Source: the human T2T-CHM13v2.0 reference genome, Homo sapiens | Length of the DNA: 64,000 nt | Reading direction: 5' to 3' (one strand) | Assembly: GCF_009914755.1 (NCBI RefSeq) | Contig: NC_060947.1 | Part shown: in pieces, positions 59,300 to 64,000 of the stretch | Position numbering within the stretch: the first letter of the stretch is position 1 | Layout: each line of letters begins with the position of its first letter | Made by a program: the position numbers and the translations under genes | Notes under the pieces: generated by a model | The model's database searches: none | Told to the model about the DNA's origin: nothing | The model's input: the letters and a program-made list of their open reading frames with translations, nothing else

Positions 59300-62200
59300 C
59301 TCTATAAATTTCCCTATACTGAAAGTTTTATATAAATTGAATCATATAATTTGTGGTCTTTTGTGACTGGCTTTTCTTACTCTTTCACTTAGCATAATGT
59401 TTTCAAGGTTCATTCATGATTTATACTTCATGATTTAGTACTTCATTCTTCTTTATGGTCAGATACCATTCCACTGTACACATACCATTTTGTTTATCCA
59501 TTCATTGGTTAATGGACATTTGGATTGTTTTCATCCTTTGGGTTTTATAAATAATGTTGATATAAACATCCATGTGCAAGTTTTTGTGTGAATATATATT
59601 TTCATATCTCTTAGGTATATATCTAAGAGTGGAATTGCTAAGTCATGTGATAACTCTATGTTTTCTGGTTTAAGAAACTGCCAAGTTATTTTTCCAATGT
59701 GTCTGCATAATTTTACACTTCCACCAGTATACGAAAGTTCCAATTTCTCTGTTCTTGCCAAAACTTGTTATAGTTTGACTTTTTTATTCTACTCACCCTA
59801 GACGTTGTGAACTGGCACCTTATTGTGGTTTAGACTTGCGTATCTCTAATTACTAATGATGTTGAATATCTTTTTGTGTGTGTTTGCCATTTATATATCT
59901 TCTTTGGACAAATGTCTACTCAGCTTAATGACTGATTCTTAATTGGTTTGTCTTATTATTATTGAGTTATATGTTCATTATATATTCTAGATGCAAGTCC
60001 CTTATTATATATGTATAATATATGATTTTATATATATATATAATTTGCAAATATTTTCTCCCATTCTGTGTGTTGTGTATTCACTTCCTTGATAGTGTCC
60101 TTTGAAGTACAGAAGTTTTTAATTTTATTGATGGGCAATTTCTCTTTTTTTTTCTATTTGCTTGAGTTTTGATGTTGTATCTAAGAAACCATTGCCAAAT
60201 TTTAGGTCACAATAGTTTGTCTCTGCTTCTAAAAGTTTTATAGTTGTATCTCTTACATGTAGGGCTTTGATCTATTTCAGCTGATTTTTGTAGATAGTAG
60301 GGAATATGTATGTAACTTTATTCTCTTGCATGTGGATATCCACTTGTTCCAGCACCATTTGTTGAAAAGAATAAAATTTGTTGAAAAGAATGAATTTCCC
60401 GATTGATTGACCTTGCCATCCTTGTCAAAAAGAAGTTCACCACAAAAAAGATTTTTTAAAAAAGAAGTTGATTATAGAAACAAGAGTTTGTTTCTGGACT
60501 CTTAATTTTGTTCCGTTGATCTGTATATATATCTTTAGGCCAATATCACACTATCTTTATTATTGTTGCTTTGAAGTAAGTTTAAAATGCAAGTTATCTC
60601 ATTTTGTTCTTTTTCAAGGTTGCTTTGGCTATTCCAAGTCACTTATATTTCTGTATTAATTTTAGGGTCACTTTTTCAGTATCTATCAAGAAGCCAGTTT
60701 GGATACTGATAGGGACTCTATTGAATCTGTAGATCAATTTGGGAAGTATTGCCATCTTAACAATATTATATATTCCAATCCACGAACCAGAGATGTTTTC
60801 CCATTTATTTGCATCTTCTTTAATGAGAGATGCTCCTTGACTTACAATAGGGTTACATTCATATAAACCCATTGTATCTCAAAAATATCATGTCAGAAAT
60901 GTATATAATATCCTGATAAACTCATTGTAAAGCTGAAAAATGATAAATTGAACCAACATAAGTTTGGAACTATCTGTATTTTCAACAGTTTGCAGTTTTA
61001 AGAGAATAAGTTTTGTACTTCTTTTCTGAAATACATTCCCATATACTTTACTTTTTTGGATGCTATTGTAAATTGAATTAATTTTCTAATTTCATTTTTA
61101 GACTTTTCATTGAAAATATATAGAAACGCATTTGAATTTAGAATACTGATCTTGTATTCTGCAATATTGTTGAACTCGTGTATTAGTTTAGTTTTTTTAG
61201 TGGATTTCCTGGGATTTTCTATATTTAAGATCACGTAATTTATGAATTAAGAGAGTTTTACTTTGTTCTTTCTAATCCAGATACCTATTATTTATTATGC
61301 TTGCTAATCATGCTGTCTAGAACCTGTATGTTGAACAGAGATTGTGAGAGTAATAAATCTTCTCATGTTCCATTTTCCCTCTTATGTCCTTAGTGGGAAA
61401 GCATCCAGTCTTTCATCAATAAGAACTGTGTTACCTGCAGGATTTTTCATAGCTGCCCTTTATCAGGTTAAGAAAGTATTTCTCTATTTGTAGTTATTTT
61501 AAAAAAATAAAAAAAGAGTATTGGATTTTGTCAAATGCATTTTTTATATCTAACAAGATATTTATGTGTTTTTTAAAATGTTATTCAATTTATATGCTAT
61601 ACTGCATTAATTGATTTTTATATGTTAAACCAACTTTGCATTCAGATATACACCACTTGGCCCTGGTGTATAATTCTTTTATAATTGCTGACTCATTTGC
61701 TAGTATTTTGTTGAGAATTTTTATATACAAATTCATTGGAGGTATTGTTCTGCAGTTTTCTTGTTATGTCTTTATCTTACTTTGGGAGCAAGGTAAAACC
61801 GAGCTCACATAATGATTGTGTTGCATTTGTACTGCTTTGATATTTTTGAAAAGTTTATAAGGAATGGTATTAATATTTCTGCAAATGTGTGGTATAATTG
61901 ACCAGCATAGACACCTGGGCATGGGAATTTTTTGTGGTTAGTTTTTGAATTTATAATTAAATTTCTTGACATAGGTCTCTTCAAAATGTCCATTTCTGTT
62001 TGAGTTAGATTTCATAGTTTGTATCTTTCCAGGATTATGTTAATTTAATCTAAGTTATCTAATTATTAGTATATAATTTCTCATAGTATTCTTTTGTAAG
62101 CCTTATGATTTCTGAAAGATCAGTAGTAATGTCTGTCTGCTCTTTCATTTCTGACTTTATTAAATTGAGTATTTCTTACTTTTTTCTTGGTTAATTTAGC

Positions 62201-62359
62201 TAAAATTATATTCATTTTCTTGAAGCTTTCAAAGAATAAACTTTTGTTTCTATTGATTTTATTTATTACTTTTCTAGTTTCATTAATTTCTACTCTAATC
62301 ATTATCATTCCTTCTGCTTACTTTAGGTTTAGTACGGACTTCTTTTTCCAGTGTCTTAA
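59300..62359 (-). mobile_element. L1MB-type LINE, ORF2 and 3' part
   Basis: Antisense ORF2 fragments 59531-59761, 60639-60872 ([15 protein letters not shown]), 60998-61234 and 62120-62308. Confidence 0.85.
60827..60976 (+). mobile_element. MER47/Tigger5-derived MITE (Tc1-mariner superfamily)
   Basis: AGATGCTCCTTGACTTACAATAGGGTTAC ... ATAAGTTTGGAACTATCTG|TA, degenerate terminal inverted repeats. Confidence 0.75.
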
Positions 62360-62816
62360 GGTATTCACTAACGGTGCTTGCAGCTGCAGTGTTTACCCCA
62401 TTTTCCATGAAAAATTTTGCTTTGCTTTTATTATTATTTTTGCATTGCTCTAGTATATCAACTTTGGAAACAAAAGACATCATTCTATTTGTATCATTCT
62501 GTTTTTAAAATATATTAATTCTCGATCGCTAAAAATGTCAAATCCTAGAAAATTGTAACATTCCTATGCCTGATTTTAGCATTGTTCTTGAACAGTTGTT
62601 GGCCAAAGATTCATTTGATAGATCCAGTTTTTCTGAAATAGATGATTCTGAAGATTCAGATGATTCTGATGTTAGTTCTGTTTAGAAATAACTCCAATAA
62701 TAGTTTTTATATTTTATTTTCACATTGCAAATCAGTCAGGTTTGCTTCAGCCTCAAAAAGCATTTTTGTGTAAAATTAAATGATCTCTGGCAGTGAGCTA
62801 CACTTTTTTATTCTAA
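62360..62816 (+). mobile_element. MER75 piggyBac-derived MITE without terminal inverted repeats
   Basis: Matches recalled MER75 body (GCTCTAGTATATC..CTTTGGAAACAAAAGACATCATTCTATTT). TTAA at 62356-62359 and 62817-62820. Confidence 0.88.
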
Positions 62817-62820
62817 TTAA

Positions 62821-64000
62821 GTCCAATATTTTTGTTGTTAATTTTCTGTCTAGGAAATCTGTTCAATCCTGAAAGTGAACTAATTAAGCTTCCAGCTATT
62901 ATTGTATTGAGGTCTGTCTCTCTCTTTAGCTCTAATAATATGAGCTTTATATATCTTTGTGCTCCAGTGTTGAGAGCATATATATTTGCTATAATTATAT
63001 CCTGTTGTTGACCGCTTTATCATTATATAATGACCTTCTTTGTCTCTTCTTACAGTTTTTGCCTTGAAATGTATTTTGTCTGACGTAAATTTGGCTATTC
63101 CTGCTCGTTTTATGTTTTCCGTTTCCACGGAGTGTTTTTTTTTTCCATCCATTTATTTTCAGTATATGTTTATCTTTATAGGTAAAATGTGATTCTTGTA
63201 TGCAAAAGGTCACTGGGTCTTGTTTTTTAATCGATTCACACATTCTATGTTGTTTCGTTGAAGAGTTGAGTACATTTACATTCAATGTTATTATTGATGA
63301 GTAGAGACTTACTCTTGCCATTTTGCTAATATTTTTCTGGTTGTTTTGTGTTCTTCCCTTCTTTTCTTTCTTCCTTTCTGTCTTCCTTTTAGTGAAGATG
63401 ACTTTCTCTGGTGATATGATTTAGTTTCTTGCTTTTTTATTTTTTGTGTCTCCATTGTATGTCTTTTGGTCTGAGGTTACCATGAGGCTTGGAAATACTA
63501 TCTTATAACCCAGTATTTTAATCTGATAACAACTTAACACTGTTTGCATAAACAAACAAAAACAAGCAAAAAGAAAACTGATAGAAACTCTATGCGTTAA
63601 CTTCATCCCCCTACTTTTTAACATTTTATTGTTTCCATTTATATCTTGTTGTATTGACTATGTCTTGAGAAGTTTTTGTAGTTATTATTTCCAATTGCTT
63701 CATTGTTTAGTCTTTCCATTAAGGATAAGACTAGTTTACACGTCACAGTTACAGTGTTATAACATTCTTTGTTTTTCTGTGTACTTATTATTAGCAGTGA
63801 GTGTTGTACCTTCAGAGGATTTCTTCTTGCTCATTAACATTCTTTTCTTTCAGATTAAAGAACTCCCTTTAGCATTTCTTATAGAACAGATCTGGTGTTG
63901 ATTAAATCCCTCAGCAACTGATTGTCTTCATTTCTCTTTTATGCTTGAAGGATATTTTTTCCAGATACACTATTCTCAAGTAAAAACTTTTTTCCTTCTT
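62821..64000 (-). mobile_element. L1MA1-3/L1M1-like LINE: EN domain, inter-ORF spacer and ORF1 end
   Basis: ORF2 start MARVSLYSSIITLNVN at 63321; spacer homologous to 2940-3410. Confidence 0.85.

Overview
Primate (most likely human or great-ape) AT-rich genomic DNA made almost entirely of transposable elements. By my segment sums about 60% is LINE-1. I see no host protein-coding gene, RNA gene or CRISPR array. Main contents: (1) An old, nearly full-length L1MA/L1M1-type LINE joined to an L1PB (1-12.4 kb). (2) A young full-length L1PA2 (20931-27074) with intact ORF1 and ORF0, a broken ORF2, a 13-bp TSD, a ~90-bp 3' transduction and a short 5' extension; it sits inside an old LTR that itself splits a MIR. 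(3) A complete but decayed ERV-L provirus with both MLT2 LTRs (29179-39035) carrying five younger insertions. (4) Further nested L1s, five Alus, MaLR LTRs, MER50, MER41A, a MER47/Tigger MITE and a piggyBac MER75 lacking its terminal repeats. I found no convincing new biological system. The most informative signals are mechanistic footprints: the L1PA2 source-element tags, templated or inverted insertions at deletion junctions, and the TIR-less MER75. Subfamily names come from my recall of consensus sequences, not a database search. Boundaries of old elements are approximate.
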